DNA of 64,000 nucleotides from Octopus vulgaris (GCA_951406725.2 OX597839.1:37882001-37946000), one strand, 5' to 3'. Shown: positions 1 to 14,230, numbered from the stretch's first letter. Translations and numbers: made by a program. Notes: generated by a model not told the origin, from the sequence alone.

Positions 1-470
1 TTTCATCCTTTCGGGGTCGATAAATTAAGTACCAGTCACACACTGGGGTCGATATAATCGACTTAATCCGTTTGTCTGTCCTTGTTTGTCCCCTCTGTTT
101 TAACCCCTTGTGGGTAGTAAAGAGTTAGGTATTCGTCTGCTGTAACGTTCTGAGGTCGAATTCCGTCGAGGTCGACTTTGCCTTTCAACTTTTCGGGGAC
201 GTTTAAATAAGTACCAATCACATACTGGGGTCGATATAATCGATTTAATCCGTTTGTCTGTTCTTGTTTGTCCCCTCCATGTTTATCCCCTTGTGGGTAG
301 TAAAGAAATAGGTATTTCGTTTGTCTTTTCGTTCTGAGTTCAAATTGCGCCGAAGTCGACTTTGCCTTTCATCATTTCGGGACCGATAAATTAAGTACCA
401 GTTGCATACTGAACTCGATATAATCGACGGGCCCGCTCCCCCCAAATTTCGTTCCTTGTGCCTAGAGTGG
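1..470 (+). mobile_element. Tandem array (about 3 units) of tRNA-derived SINE family A
   Basis: Repeats of GTTCAAATTCCGCCGAGGTCGACTTTGCCTTTCATCCTTTCGGGGTCGATAAATTAAGTACCAG...GTAGTAAAGAAATA, the same unit seen with its tRNA-like head at 22098, 31336 and 58405; truncated by the window edge. Confidence 0.85.
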
Positions 471-732
471 AAAAGTTTGTCCGTCCGTCTTCCTGCCTGC
501 CTGCCTGCCTGTATGTCTGTCTATCTGTCTATCTGTCTGTCTGTCTGTCCACCTAAGAGCAACGACAGATGTAAACAGATTACTATAGCTCATCAACACA
601 TTCTTCTCTGACCATGACAGCCAATCAGAGAAGTATTCGTCACAGACACCAACCCACCCACCTGGGACACTTGCTTATGCCACGCTTCTTGCGTGATTCG
701 CGCAAGGTACCTTTTCGTTTTCTGCTTTAGAG

Positions 733-881
733 CAGCACTCCGCAACCGGTATGCCGCGGCACACTGAGGCACCGTGAGAAGATGCTAGGTGTGCCGCAGT
801 GTAACGTGTATATAATTTTCCCCCCTATACTTTGAAAAGAATATATGTGCACTGCAAGTGAAAAAGGGTTGTGGGGCACTG
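733..881. mobile_element. hAT (Charlie-like) MITE
   Basis: Imperfect TIRs CAGCACTCCGCAACC / GGTTGTGGGGCACTG; 8-bp flanks CTTTAGAG (725-732) and CTCTAGAG (882-889) match the NTCTAGAN target of Charlie-type hATs. Confidence 0.7.
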
Positions 882-1054
882 CTCTAGAGATCCTCAATCA
901 TTCTGAAGCCCTTCAGCTCCTGACGTTGCAGATCCTTCCATGCAGATCTTTCTTGAGTGAAATCCTTCCATGACTTTTGGGTGACCTTTCAAGTCTTTCA
1001 AAGGTTGCTTTTCGGGGCATCTTTGAATCGTTTACACGGTGCAACAACACCGAA

Positions 1055-1390
1055 TCCTCCTCCAACCTCACCACCATCACCACCATCCGACACCACCACT
1101 ACCACCACCACCACCACCACCACCACCACCACTACCACCACCACCACAACTACCACACCAACACCGTATCCTCCACCAACCTCACCACCATCACCACCAT
1201 CCGACACCACCACTACCACCACTATCATCACGATCTCCACCATCACCCCTATCCGACATCCTACCACCACAACCACCACCACCACCACCACCACCACAGC
1301 GAAGACTGACACCTCCGCCATCACCACCACCCCTGCTACCACCATCGCCGTCATCATTGTTCCTCGCACCATCATCATCATCACTACCAG
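1055..1390. repeat. (CAC)n-rich low-complexity repeat with internal duplication
   Basis: CAC/CAT triplets; the block CCTCCxCCAACCTCACCACCATCACCACCATCCGACACCACCACTACCACC occurs twice. Confidence 0.85.
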
Positions 1391-1434
1391 TTATTGTTTG
1401 TTGAGGAACATCGATATAGTTAGAAGAGAGAGAG

Positions 1435-1475
<41 letters not shown>

Positions 1476-1527
1476 AACGAAGAAAGAGACAGAGTGAGAG
1501 GGCAAAAAGGAAGAATCAGTGAGAACA

Positions 1528-1558
<31 letters not shown>

Positions 1559-1620
1559 AAGAAAGAGAGGTGGAAGCTAAGAGACAGAGCGAGAGAGCAA
1601 AAAGGAAGAATCAGTGAGAA

Positions 1621-1659
<39 letters not shown>

Positions 1660-1727
1660 AAGAGAGATGGAAGCTAATGAACGCTAGTAGGCTGTTCTGT
1701 AAATGTTGACCAACACTGTAACATATC

Positions 1728-1759
<32 letters not shown>

Positions 1760-1784
1760 CACGCACAGGCAGACGAGGGCTTCA

Positions 1785-1821
<37 letters not shown>

Positions 1822-1971
1822 GCAGAACAACATACTACATCGGAGACACAGAACGATAACCCTGACGCACACACATACAACGACGCTCAGACACAGAGAT
1901 AACTGCACGTATATGTACACACGTAAGGAATATACACATAAATGTCGTATAGACCAAAGATAAAACAAAGG

Positions 1972-2007
<36 letters not shown>

Positions 2008-2476
2008 AGAGTGATGGGGAGAGAGAGAGAGGGAGATGGAGAGAGGGAGAGTGAGAGAGTGAAAAGAAATAAGCGGAGTTTGCCAGGCAATACAGGATAT
2101 CCGGGAATTAAAGACAAACAAATATAACGTTTTGTTATTGCGACACACACAAACACGCACACACACATACACATGTACGCACACATACACACACACGTAT
2201 ACACAGACGTGTACAAATACACATACGCGTACACACACATACGTACACACGCACACACATTTATGTAGACTGTCAAGGAAACGATTCTAGGCTTATAATG
2301 TGTGTGTGTGTGTGTATACATATATATATATACATGTATGTGTGTATATATATGTATGTGTGTGTATATATGTCTATGTATATATATATCTGTCTATATA
2401 CATACATATATATATATGTATACATACACACATGCATACAAACATATATACATACATACATATATACATACATGCA

Positions 2477-2510
<34 letters not shown>

Positions 2511-2593
2511 CATATACATGCATATATAAAATATTTGTAAACAAACCAGAAGGCTTTGTAAGTTACGGAGTGACTATGGAAGTCTATTAACAC

Positions 2594-2687
<94 letters not shown>

Positions 2688-2798
2688 TCCGATTTAAAGA
2701 GACGTTTCATACATAAAAAATTGACTGAAAAATGTTGAGCTAACCCGAGCCAGAATCAAACCCACAAATCAACGCTTACAGGGATCCTTGCGCATCCG

Positions 2799-2857
<59 letters not shown>

Positions 2858-3247
2858 ACAAACGTATGTAGGTAAGTAGGTACCTATGAAAAAGCGTATG
2901 GCTTAATGGTTAGGGTATTCGATCGTAATGTGAGTTCGATTTCCGGCGGTGCTACATTTTTCAAACTACACCAGGAGTTTATGTTCAAAGTGAAGATTCT
3001 TAGCAAAGTGCTTAATAAACTATGCTTAGTTCGATGCAGAGTGATATGTGGAAATTGTCGTTGAATCAGGATCAGTGCATAACATGGACCGTCCCTGGGA
3101 ATCGATGATAATTTGGTTGCGTCTAACGTGGCTTTGTTGTTTTAGGTTCCCATCAGCTGCCAGTAACATAGACGTCTTCCCTGCCTCATCACCTGTCCGA
3201 CTCCTCCACTCATCTTAGAAATTAGTATATGTTCCCACCAGAGTACA

Positions 3248-3290
<43 letters not shown>

Positions 3291-3514
3291 ACACACACAT
3301 ACACGTGATGAACTTTTTTTAAAACACAGCTGTTCGGATGTGCAAAACAAAAGTGTGTACATAAGATTTTTATATATGTATATATTTGTGTGCGTGCGCA
3401 AGAAGCATGTATTTATGTCCGGAAAAAAATATTTCGATCACATTCAATATATATGAATTAATTTGTTCTCATTTGTCACAACGTTTACACTAGATGTATG
3501 TATATAAGGACACG

Positions 3515-3584
<70 letters not shown>

Positions 3585-4215
3585 CTATAGACACACACAT
3601 GCACACAGATTTACGTAGGTATAGTATATAGTCAGGAGAGAGAATGAAAGAGACAGTGTTTGCAAAGCAATGCAGAAAGACACACTAATAAATCTTACAA
3701 GAAATATAATCACACACGCACACACACACATTACACCATACACACAAGAAATACAAATATATAGATGCATAAACACACACGCACACACACACACACACAC
3801 ACAGGTACACGGACACACACACATGCATATAGACAAAAGAAAGACGTAGGTAGATGGGAACAGTGAATGCGTTTTTGGGACGGAGAAAGAAATGCGAAAG
3901 AGATCGGATCGAAGATAGAGAGGGGAAGAGAGAGAGATAAAGAGAGAGAGAGAGAGACAGAGACGGAGAGAGGGAGAGAGAGAAAGGGGGGAGAGAGGGA
4001 GTGAGAGGGAGAGATAGAGAGCGCGTGTATGTAGAATGTAATATATATAATATCGAAGTGAACACCAATTGGTCGCCATCATTACAACCAGGACAAACAC
4101 ACGTGATTGATTTCAATCGATTAATGTAATTGTAAGATAAATATTGCTTATTGGTTTCATGACTGGACTGGACGGTGGCGCGTAAATGATGTGTGTGTAT
4201 ATACGTGTGTATATA

Positions 4216-4252
<37 letters not shown>

Positions 4253-4285
4253 CACATAGACACATATATGTATGAACGTATACAC

Positions 4286-4340
<55 letters not shown>

Positions 4341-4500
4341 ACGCGATATTATGTATGTATATATCAGGAATGTATATACAAAGAGATGCATATATATTAT
4401 GTATACAATAGCTATTTATATTAAATATACACATACAAAGTCGCCACCCCCATTCTTTCATATATATACCTATACATGCATATATGCACACACACACAAA

Positions 4501-4546
<46 letters not shown>

Positions 4547-4590
4547 AATATATACATATATATATATGTATATGTATATATATATGTATA

Positions 4591-4641
<51 letters not shown>

Positions 4642-4879
4642 GTGTGTGTATGTGTGCAATAAAGTGTTAGGTAATCTGTAATAAAGTGAGACGGGTGAGA
4701 TTATTAGAGATGAAATAACAACTCGGGTATGTGTGAGGTGGGAGCACCGAGGACGGGGTTTTGGAGTTGGTGGTGGTGGTGGGATATTGGGGGGGGGGGG
4801 GTGCCGTGTGTGCGTGTGTCGTATAATTATATAATTGCTGCGCTTCGAGACAAATCTCGCCTGCTAACGGTTGGTGGCA

Positions 4880-5026
4880 ATCATCGTCGTCGTCGTCGTC
4901 GTCATCTTCCTCCTCCTCCTCCTCCTCCTCCTCCTCCTCCTCATCATCATCATCAACCTCATCGTCATCATCATTATCGTCATTCTTACTGCTGCCGCCA
5001 TCAGCACCATCACTGCCGTCGCCACC

Positions 5027-5057
<31 letters not shown>

Positions 5058-5410
5058 CCACCACCACCACCACCACCACCACCACCACCACAACCACCAC
5101 CACCACCACCACCACCACCACCACCACCACCACCACCACCACCACCACCACCACCACCACCACCACCACTACCACCACCACCACCACTACAACTACCACT
5201 GCCGCCATCACTGTTACTATGACGATCATTGAGTTTGTGGTGGTGGCCATAATGTTGGTGTTTGTATTGGTTTGATGATAATGGCGATGATAACGATAGT
5301 TGGTGGTGTTGCTGTTGTTGTCGCAGTTGCTGCAGCAGCAGTGGTGGTGGTGGTGGTTGTGGTGGTGGTGGTGGTGGTGGTGGTTGTAGTGATGATTGTG
5401 ATGATGGCAG
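4880..5410. repeat. Compound trinucleotide microsatellite (CGT/CCT/CAT/CAC then GTG)
   Basis: Direct reading; it generates the poly-G/H/T/V pseudo-ORFs. Confidence 0.9.
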
Positions 5411-6380
5411 TAATGTTTTGTGATTACGATGGGGATGGGGAGAGAAAGAGATAGAAAGTGATGGAGACAGGCAGAGAGGGTAGAATGAGCTAAAGGGAAA
5501 GAGAAAGAGAGAGAGAAAGAGAATGGCAAAGTGGAGGGGCGGGCGGAGAGACAAATAAAGGGGGGAGGAAAACAAAGAGCGAAGAAAGAAAGGGAGAATT
5601 GAGAGAAATAGAAAGGGAGAAATAGGAAAAGGAAGAGAGTAAGAGAGAGAGAGACAGAGAAAGAGAGTGAGTGAATGAGAGAGAGAGAGAGGGGGCAAAG
5701 AGAAAGATGGATAAAGCGAAGGAGATGGAGGAGAGAGTGAGTGACAGAGAGAGAGAGAGAGAGAGAAGGAAAGAGAGATAGAGATGGTTAATGCGAAGGA
5801 GAAAGAGGAGAGAGTGAGTGACAGAGAGAGAGAGAAAGAGAAGGAAAGAGAGATAGAAATGGATAAAGCGAAGGAAAAGGAGGGGAGAGAGAATGAGTGA
5901 AAGGAAATTTGAATGACTGGGCTTAGGTACTAAAACATGAAGTTTGTGTTTTGGTAAGTTGGCCCCTATTCTTCTAATGTACTCCCGTTATAAATAATGT
6001 AGAGTAGTGATTCTCAACCCGGGTCCATATAGACACTTGGGGTTCATATAAGATTTTTGGAGGTCCATACAAGCAATATAACAGCAACAACAACAACAAC
6101 CGCGATCGTAACAGCGTGGGCGAACACACAAACAGAGCGAAACAGGTACGGTACCAAAAGTCGGGGATCAAGGGCAGCAGCAGCGGCAACGGGGAAGGGA
6201 AGGGGACTGAGGGGAAGATCATAGTACTACTAAGAACAATGACACACACACAGCCACACACATACACCCACACACATACACACACACATACATATAAACA
6301 CAGTTGCAAACGCATACGCATATAAGAATACACGTCGTAGAAGAACAGAATGGAATAAGCGTAGCAAGAGCACATACGAA

Positions 6381-6429
6381 ATTGTTGCTGATGAGGTCAC
6401 AGATGTGTGACGAAAGATTTCTGAATAAT
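6381..6429 (+). ncRNA. Candidate type I hammerhead ribozyme
   Basis: CTGATGA 6388-6394, extra G, 6-bp helix II GTCACA/TGTGAC with loop GATG, GAAA 6412-6415, near-palindromic AGATTT helix III, predicted cleavage after C6421; helix I weak (ATTGTTG/TGAATAAT). Confidence 0.55.
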
Positions 6430-6560
6430 GGACATGAGTTAGAGTAAGAACAGTAATAGATGAGTTAAGAACAGTATATAATGCATGTGTTTATTTGGCA
6501 AAAAAATAAAAATAAACACTGTATACCAGATTAAGCGCTAAGAAGGGACTTGCGCGATTA

Positions 6561-6760
6561 TACTCTTTACTTGTTTCAGCCATTTGACTGCGGCCATGCT
6601 GGAGCACCGCCTTTAATCGAGCAACTCGACCCCAGGACTTATTCTTTGTAAGCCTAGTACTTATTCTATCGGTCTCTTTTGCCGAACCGCTAAGTGACGG
6701 GGACGTAAACACACCAGCATCGGTTGTCAAGCAATGCTAGGGGGACAAACACAGACACAC

Positions 6761-6830
<70 letters not shown>

Positions 6831-6997
6831 CATATATACGATGGGTTTCTTTCAGTTTCCGCCTACCAAATCTACTCACAAGGCATTGGTCTGCCTGGGG
6901 CTATAGCAGAAGACACTTGTCCAAGATGCCACGCAGTGGGACTGAACCCGGAACCATGTGGTTGGTTAGCAAGCTACTTACCACACAGCCACTCCTG
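6561..6997 (-). mobile_element. tRNA-derived SINE family B, full length
   Basis: Reverse complement of AGGAGTGGCTGTGTGGTAAG...GGTTCAGTCCC (A/B boxes), CORE-like CTTGGxCAAGTGTCTT, central (TA)(TG) tract and tail TGAAACAAGTAAAGAG. Confidence 0.9.
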
Positions 6998-7063
6998 TTA
7001 TTATATATTTATTTATATATGTAGATATATCGCAAACATTCACATATAATTTACAGTTTATAT

Positions 7064-7118
<55 letters not shown>

Positions 7119-7300
7119 GGGAGAATTCACAATAAAAAATAAAAGACGAACACAGGTGGTGTAGACAACAAACAGATGTATTATTTTAACGCTGGGGAAG
7201 TGAAAAGTCTTTAACGTTTCGAGCCTACGCTCTTTCACAGAAAGGAACACAGAAAGAAACAAGGAGAGAAAATAAAAAAATGTGTAGTGGCTAGCGATCT
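7119..7300 (-). mobile_element. Penelope-like terminal-repeat fragment with degenerate minimal hammerhead
   Basis: Homologous to 9079-9275 and 15923-16100; minus strand reads CTGTGAAAGAGCGTAGGCTCGAAACGTT (7213-7240); abuts (TA)n. Confidence 0.6.
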
Positions 7301-7369
7301 ATGTGTGTGTGTACACACAGCAAATTCGTATGTATATAAGTATATTTGTATACATGTACGCATAATATA

Positions 7370-7513
<144 letters not shown>

Positions 7514-8349
7514 GTATGTATGTATACATATATATATCTCACAATGTCTTCTTTGATGGACAAAAATCTAAGTAGGATGACAGGATGTAAAGTAGATAAT
7601 GAACAGATGTTATTGCCAGATGTCAAGTTAACAGATGTCATTTAACAGACGTAATTGGCAACCATTTTGTCGAAGCGAGGCCAAAGAACCAGTCTTTGGC
7701 AACAGGACAGAAACATAAAGAAAGCAAATATAATACAGTCACATAATGTAGTCACGTAGTGAAGGCACATGGCCTAGTCGTTAAACGTGTTGCTCTCACG
7801 GCTGCGAGTCGTGGTTTCGATTCCTGAGCAGGGCGGTGTATTGTATTTGCTGGCAAAAAACTTTAAAATATCCACAGGAAATTGTAGATATCCCATTCTT
7901 TGGGAATAGTAGGAGGAAGAAATGTTCACCTCGTTGGATTTTTGAATTTGTTTTTCTTTTGTTTATTGAAACAGGATTAGTGGGTGGGAGCAACAAAATT
8001 GTAACTTTCGAAAAATTACCTATTGCTAAGGGCCACCCTAATGTACATATATATATATATATATATGTATAAATATATAATATATAAACACACACACACA
8101 CACATATTTAAGTATATGGGCTTGGTGATGCAAACAGAAAAATAAAACTCAAAACGTGAATCCCAATACATTTTTTCTTATTGATAATCGGCAGAAGTTA
8201 CAGTGAATAAAGGGCCAAGAGTTTAGTACCAGTTACGCACTGGGGTCGATGTAATCGACTTAATACCCATGTCTGTCCTTGTTTGTCCCCTCTATGTCTA
8301 GCCCCTTGTGGGTAATAAAGAAATAGGTATATGTATGTATTTGGAATGG

Positions 8350-8525
8350 TAAGAGAAAATTGGGGTGAAAGAGTACAATAGGGTTCGCCACCACCCTCTG
8401 CCGGACCTTGTAGAGCTTTAGGTTTTTTCGCTCAATAAACACATACAACGCCCGGTCTGGGAATCGAAGCCGCGATCCTCCGACCGCGAGTCCGCTACCC
8501 TAACCACTGGGCCATTGCGCCTCCA
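8350..8525 (-). mobile_element. 5' part of tRNA-derived SINE family C
   Basis: Reverse complement of GGAGGCGCAATGGCCCAGTGGTTAGGG...GCTTCGATTCCCAGACCGGGCG, matching the full copy at 57601-57978. Confidence 0.8.
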
Positions 8526-8846
8526 CATATACATATATATGCATATTTTATTATTAATCGGGAGAAGTCACAGAGTAACAAAATTGCCATATACGAAGCT
8601 TGATGAATGCCATTGCACGAATATGCAGTGGAACAAAACATTCCACTTTGAAGACTGAAATATTAGACACACATTAACATTATATGTACATTAAAATTAT
8701 ACATACATTAAGATAATTCATTAATTCATACATTAATATTATAAACACATTTAAATCGAATACATTAACACGATATAATTATATATGAACCAATCACAAA
8801 GATGGAAAACAGAGAAATAAAAAATAATATACTACATTGCACTGAA

Positions 8847-8908
<62 letters not shown>

Positions 8909-9020
8909 GTATAAAAATTTTAAATAATAGCGGGTGATAAGGGTGAAAAATTGAATATTTTATTTGATTAATATCAATTTAAAACCAGTGGACTAGCATA
9001 TTAAAATCTGAAGATACAGA

Positions 9021-9078
<58 letters not shown>

Positions 9079-9082
<4 letters not shown>

Positions 9083-9275
9083 AGAATTTACAAAAAGAAA
9101 CAAAAAAAAACAAACGATGAAGACGGGTGTGTAAATAACAAACAGATGTATTAGTTTAACGCTTGGGAAGTGAGAAAGTCTTTCATGTTTCGAGCCTATG
9201 CTCTTCAACAGAAAGGAACACAGAAGTAAACAGGGAGAGAAAACAGATAAAGGTTTAGTGGATAACGATCTAGCA
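9079..9275 (-). mobile_element. Penelope-like terminal-repeat fragment with minimal hammerhead-like motif
   Basis: Minus strand CTGTTGAAGAGCATAGGCTCGAAACATG (9184-9211); abuts (TA)n. Confidence 0.6.
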
Positions 9276-9321
9276 CGTCGAATGCTGGGCAGAGGGGTCA
9301 CACGGGAGAGCTAAGAAGAAG

Positions 9322-9442
<121 letters not shown>

Positions 9443-9443
9443 G

Positions 9444-9985
9444 GGCTCAAACTCAGCCAGAGACTCTGATGGATTCCCAGCAATGCTCCGTAAAACATGC
9501 AAAGGCGCTCTAACAAGATCACCTCATATTCTCTTCCAGAGCTTCCTCGCAACTGGGAGACTTCTCAAAATGTTAAAGAAAGACATAATATGTCCTAGCC
9601 ATAAGGGATGTAGCAGAGCAGATGCTAAAAATTTTAGTCCTGCCTCTTTAACCTCCCACGTCAGGAAGAAACTTATTGCGTTCCCTGAGGATAATGACTT
9701 GCTTCATGACACCCAGCATGGCTTTCGCCTTACACAGCTTTTCCAGCACTATGAATGGGTGCTGAAGCAATTAACGATTCACTCAAACGTCGATGTGATG
9801 AACCTCGACTTTGCAAAGGCCTTTGATAAGGTTGATCACGGGATGATATGTCATAAAACTACGGAGACTCGGCATAAGCAGGAAACTCGGAAAGTAGTTG
9901 CATGACTTCGTAGAAGACAGGAGCCAGACTGTAGCAGCCAACGGAGCTTTCTCCGAGGAGACAGTAATAGAAAGTGGAGTGGCTC
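9444..9985 (+). pseudogene. Non-LTR retrotransposon reverse transcriptase fragment (CR1/L2-like)
   Basis: Translation has [17 protein letters not shown]....NFSPASLTS, QHGFR, VDVMNLDFAKAFDKVDH; it continues after a frameshift as LRRLGI...DRSQTVAANG...SGV; deletions and a stop present. Confidence 0.9.
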
Positions 9986-10121
9986 TGTATTTGAGGATTA
10001 TATCATAGGGAGCAAACGATCGTTTCGATTGTGTCAGCATGTTTAGCTACAGGAAAAGCAACAAAATATGAATCGATCCCTATTGGAGCGATTGTAAAAT
10101 TCAATATACCCGAAATACATT

Positions 10122-10189
<68 letters not shown>

Positions 10190-10194
10190 TCCTT

Positions 10195-10345
10195 TTATTT
10201 GTTTCAGTCATTTGACTGCGGCCATGCTGGAGTACCGCCTTTAATCGAGCAAATCGACCCCGGAACTTATTATTTGTAAGCCTAGTACTTATTCTATCGC
10301 TTCCTCTTGCCGAACCGCTAAGTGACGGGGACGTAAACACACCAA
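10195..10345 (-). mobile_element. SINE B 3' fragment
   Basis: TTGTTTCAGTCATTTGACTGCGGCCATGCTGGAG...GCCGAACCGCTAAGTGACGGGGACG. Confidence 0.85.
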
Positions 10346-10449
10346 TCCCTCATTTAGGTTGACTCATGTACAACAGTTAGGTCTTCCGCATTTTTTTTAC
10401 TGACGGCCTCAGTGTTGTTATCGAGTGTACTTGGGCTTGTTTTAGGAGA

Positions 10450-10760
10450 CTTCTTCTTCTTCTTCTTCTTCCCGCTTCTTCTCCTTCTTCTTCTTCCCGC
10501 TTCTTCTTCTCTTCTTCTTCTTCTTCTTCTTCCAATTCTTCTTCTTCTTCTTTTTCTTCTTCTTCCCGCTTCTTCTTCTTCTTCTTCTTCTTCTTCTTCT
10601 TCTTCTTCTTCTTCTTCTTCTTCTTCTTCTTCTTCTTCTTGTTCTTCTTCTTCTTCTTCTTCTTCTTCTTCTTCTTCTTCTTCTTCTTCTTCTTCTTCTT
10701 CTTCTTCTTCTTCTTCTTCTTCTTCTTCTTCTTCTTCTTCTTCTTCTTCTTCTTCTTCCC

Positions 10761-10791
<31 letters not shown>

Positions 10792-10800
10792 CTTCTTCTC

Positions 10801-10831
<31 letters not shown>

Positions 10832-10955
10832 CTTCTTCTTCTTCCCACTTCTTCTTCTTCTTCCCACTTCTTCTTCTTCTTCTTCCCACTTCTTCTTCTT
10901 CTCCTTCTTCTTCTTCTTCCCGCTTCTTCTTCTTCTTCTTCTTCTTCTTCCTCTT
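10450..10955. repeat. Long interrupted (TTC)n/(GAA)n microsatellite
   Basis: About 500 bp of TTC with recurrent CCCGC/CCCAC interruptions. Confidence 0.95.
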
Positions 10956-11062
10956 CGGTTACTACTGCTTAAACAATTAAAACAAAAGAGCTCACATCCC
11001 TTCTATTACTTACAGCCTACTACCGAGCCTCCACAAGACCAAGAGAGAGAGAGAGAGAGAGA

Positions 11063-11106
<44 letters not shown>

Positions 11107-11347
11107 AAATGTCCTTTGTATTTGAAAACTATGCAAATATTAAAAACAAACATTTCATTTAATTTTCCCACAATTTAATTGTTTTTCATGCTTTACTCCA
11201 AGTTCAGACAGTCGCTAAGACTGAAACCGGTACTAAAATGTTCTTCATGATAAAATTATTTTAGCATTTTCTACCTTGTCTTATTTTCCTTATATATAAA
11301 TATATGTACATACATATACATACATACATATATACATATATACATAC

Positions 11348-11388
<41 letters not shown>

Positions 11389-11429
11389 TATATACACACA
11401 TAAATATATATACATACACACATACATAC

Positions 11430-11481
<52 letters not shown>

Positions 11482-11652
11482 TATACATACATACATATAT
11501 ATATATATAAATATAAATAATATATTCATACATACAGATAAATTCTTGTTATCTCTTTTGTAAGCCACTTCAAAATATTAGGCAAAATATTCCATAAACG
11601 ATATATACCATGGTTACATTATGGAAAATACATAATACACACATACATACAT

Positions 11653-11724
<72 letters not shown>

Positions 11725-12163
11725 TAAAACAAACTGGGAGGAAAGAGACGGAACGAAGTGAGAATTCGAAAAATCGAAAATTCAAACGATGTATACACAC
11801 ATATATATTTCCATAATACACATATACCAGTGTATATCTCTCTATATATATATATATATATATACACATTCGTAATTGTGTGTGAATATTTCAACGTGGT
11901 GACCGAATGGAGGGTGTTGGCAGCGGTTAACTGTTATTGTGTATGAAGTGCGTCTTGTCATGTCTATTATATTATAATTATCCCATTTGCATGTGATCAC
12001 AAAATCTTTAGATAATTGATGACGACACGCACGCAAACACACATACCCATATACAGACACACACACACACACACACATGCAATGCACACATAAATACATA
12101 TACACACATATATATACATACACACATACACACACACACGTGCACATAAATACATACACATAC

Positions 12164-12206
<43 letters not shown>

Positions 12207-12297
12207 CACAATATTTAGTTATATAATCTTATAATATATTCATTCGAATTTTAAAATTCATATTACTGTCTACTTATTATGTGCGAAATGTATGCAT

Positions 12298-12347
<50 letters not shown>

Positions 12348-12351
12348 GCAC

Positions 12352-12416
<65 letters not shown>

Positions 12417-12458
12417 TAGATGGATGGATAGATATATAAATAGAGAGATAGATATACT

Positions 12459-12614
<156 letters not shown>

Positions 12615-13024
12615 AGTATATCTATCTGTCTGTTTATCTATCTATCCAACCATCTATCTAATGAATAGACATACAATTAAAATACTTATACAGGTATTTA
12701 GATATAATGCAAGCATAGAAAATCAATCATTTATTTCTTTAGTATGCTAATATATGAGTTTGTAAAAGCAATGTTTATCAATTCACACACACATACTCAC
12801 ACACATATATATATATATTAATAGGCTAGAAGCCGTCTCTCGGGTGGCATTCAGGCTAGCGCCTGCGGACGGCATTTTTGAGGCCTTCGGTCCCACCGAT
12901 CGGGACACTTTGCAGCCCTCCACTCTTGAGTAATGAAACTTATTTCTGCAAATGTGCAAAGCCCTGATGCTGAGCATAGTTTAAGGAATAGGCGTAAGAG
13001 CGAGGTAAATGCAGTAAAAGTAGG

Positions 13025-13320
13025 TGGGGGTCACTGGTTAGAGCAGCAGACTCGCAGTCGAGGGATCGTGGGTTCGAATCTCAGACCGGGCGATGTGTGT
13101 GTTTATGAGCGAAACTCCTAAGCTCCACGCGGTTCCGGCAGAAGGTAATGGCGAATTTCTGCTGTCTCACACCACAGCTTTCTCTCTTTCTTTCCTCCTG
13201 CATCTAGCAGCTTACCTGTGACAGACCGACGTCCCATCCAAGTAGGGAGCCCACACGTCAATGAAACCGGGAAAGCGGCCCTTATGAGCCAGGCAGGGCT
13301 CGAGAAGGAACAAACAACAA
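13025..13320 (+). mobile_element. Diverged SINE (family C-like head, different tail)
   Basis: tRNA-like head TGGTTAGAGCAGCAGACTCGCAGTCGAGGGATCGTGGGTTCGAATC; tail GAAACCGGGAAAGCGGCCCTT shared with 37790-38015; ends in (CAA)n. Confidence 0.7.
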
Positions 13321-13829
13321 CACAGATATCAGGAATTATATAAAAATGTCAAAAATATTTTATGTATAAGCGATTTATTGTAGAAATTTTAAAGAACAAA
13401 AAATCTGATAGGGACCCTGTTAAAGGCCATTAATAAGATTGCTAGTTTATTTGAAACCCACATCCCGGCCCCTCCTCTGGATTTAATTCTGGTGAACCAA
13501 TGACTTGGACAAATTCGTCTTCTTTGTGATTCTTGCCGTGTTATGGGGGTCTTCTGATATTGTCTTAGACAATAAATTGTCTCGACTTTATTTAGATTCA
13601 TCCACATTTACGTCTCGTAGGTTTCTAAGGAGTTCTGTGAAGTTATTGGGAAACTGTCATTCTTGAAACCCAAAGCTGTAACATTATCGAGTCCTAGATA
13701 TAGGGTTACGAGAGTCGGAAGGGGTGAGATAAATCCTCACACAGGCACAGAGATAGATACATCCTGACGTATAAATATGCGATTGAACACGAATTTACAC
13801 AAACAGATGGTGTGAGATATATGTACGTA

Positions 13830-14230
13830 TGACTACATACATACATATGACTTTACACATCACATCATATATACATACACACGTCCAGACCTCTCATACG
13901 CACTACATACTCTCTCATACACACTCTTAAGTTGGGGCGAGGTCACTTAACCCTGTTATCTCCCCTAATTTCGCTCTTGCGTCTCACGTTTGATCTTTGA
14001 CTTCTGGCCGAAATCAGATCGCCATGTTGATTCGCTAGCCTCTGCACGCATTTTTTTTCTCTCCTTGTTTCTTTCTGTGTTTCTTTTCTGTGTATCTTTC
14101 TGTTGAAGAGCGTAGGCTCGAAACGTAAAAGACTTGTTTTATTTATATTCCTGAGCGCCATACTAATACAATTGTTTGTTTGTATTCCACCTGCCTTCGT
14201 CTTTTGTTTATTTTCATAAAGCTTCCCGTT
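13830..14230 (+). mobile_element. Penelope-like terminal repeat, long copy, with minimal hammerhead-like motif
   Basis: CTGTTGAAGAGCGTAGGCTCGAAACGTA at 14100-14127 with helix I TCTTT/AAAGA; about 400 bp inverted homology to 30196-30620; followed directly by (TA)n. Confidence 0.65.

Noticed and set aside
957-1580. Mucin-like or His-rich ORFs
   Set aside because: (CAC)n and (GA)n low complexity; several overlapping frames open; no splice or domain evidence.
3146-3225. Exon after a strong TTGTTGTTTTAG acceptor
   Set aside because: All three frames hit stops within about 75 nt and no good donor follows.
4667-5698. 343-aa ORF with poly-G/E/D/P/Q
   Set aside because: Entirely explained by compound trinucleotide and (GA)n repeats that are open in most frames on both strands.
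6491-7024. Recurrent ORFs such as MTTDAGVFTSPSLSGSAKETDR and [21 protein letters not shown]
   Set aside because: Translations of the non-coding SINE B; they recur only because the SINE does.
10354-10980. Poly-E/K/R/S/F ORFs
   Set aside because: Translation of a (TTC)n microsatellite.
11195-11240. Minimal hammerhead (AGTC/GACT stem, GAAACCGGTA)
   Set aside because: The CTGANGA strand is absent; at most a very decayed relative.
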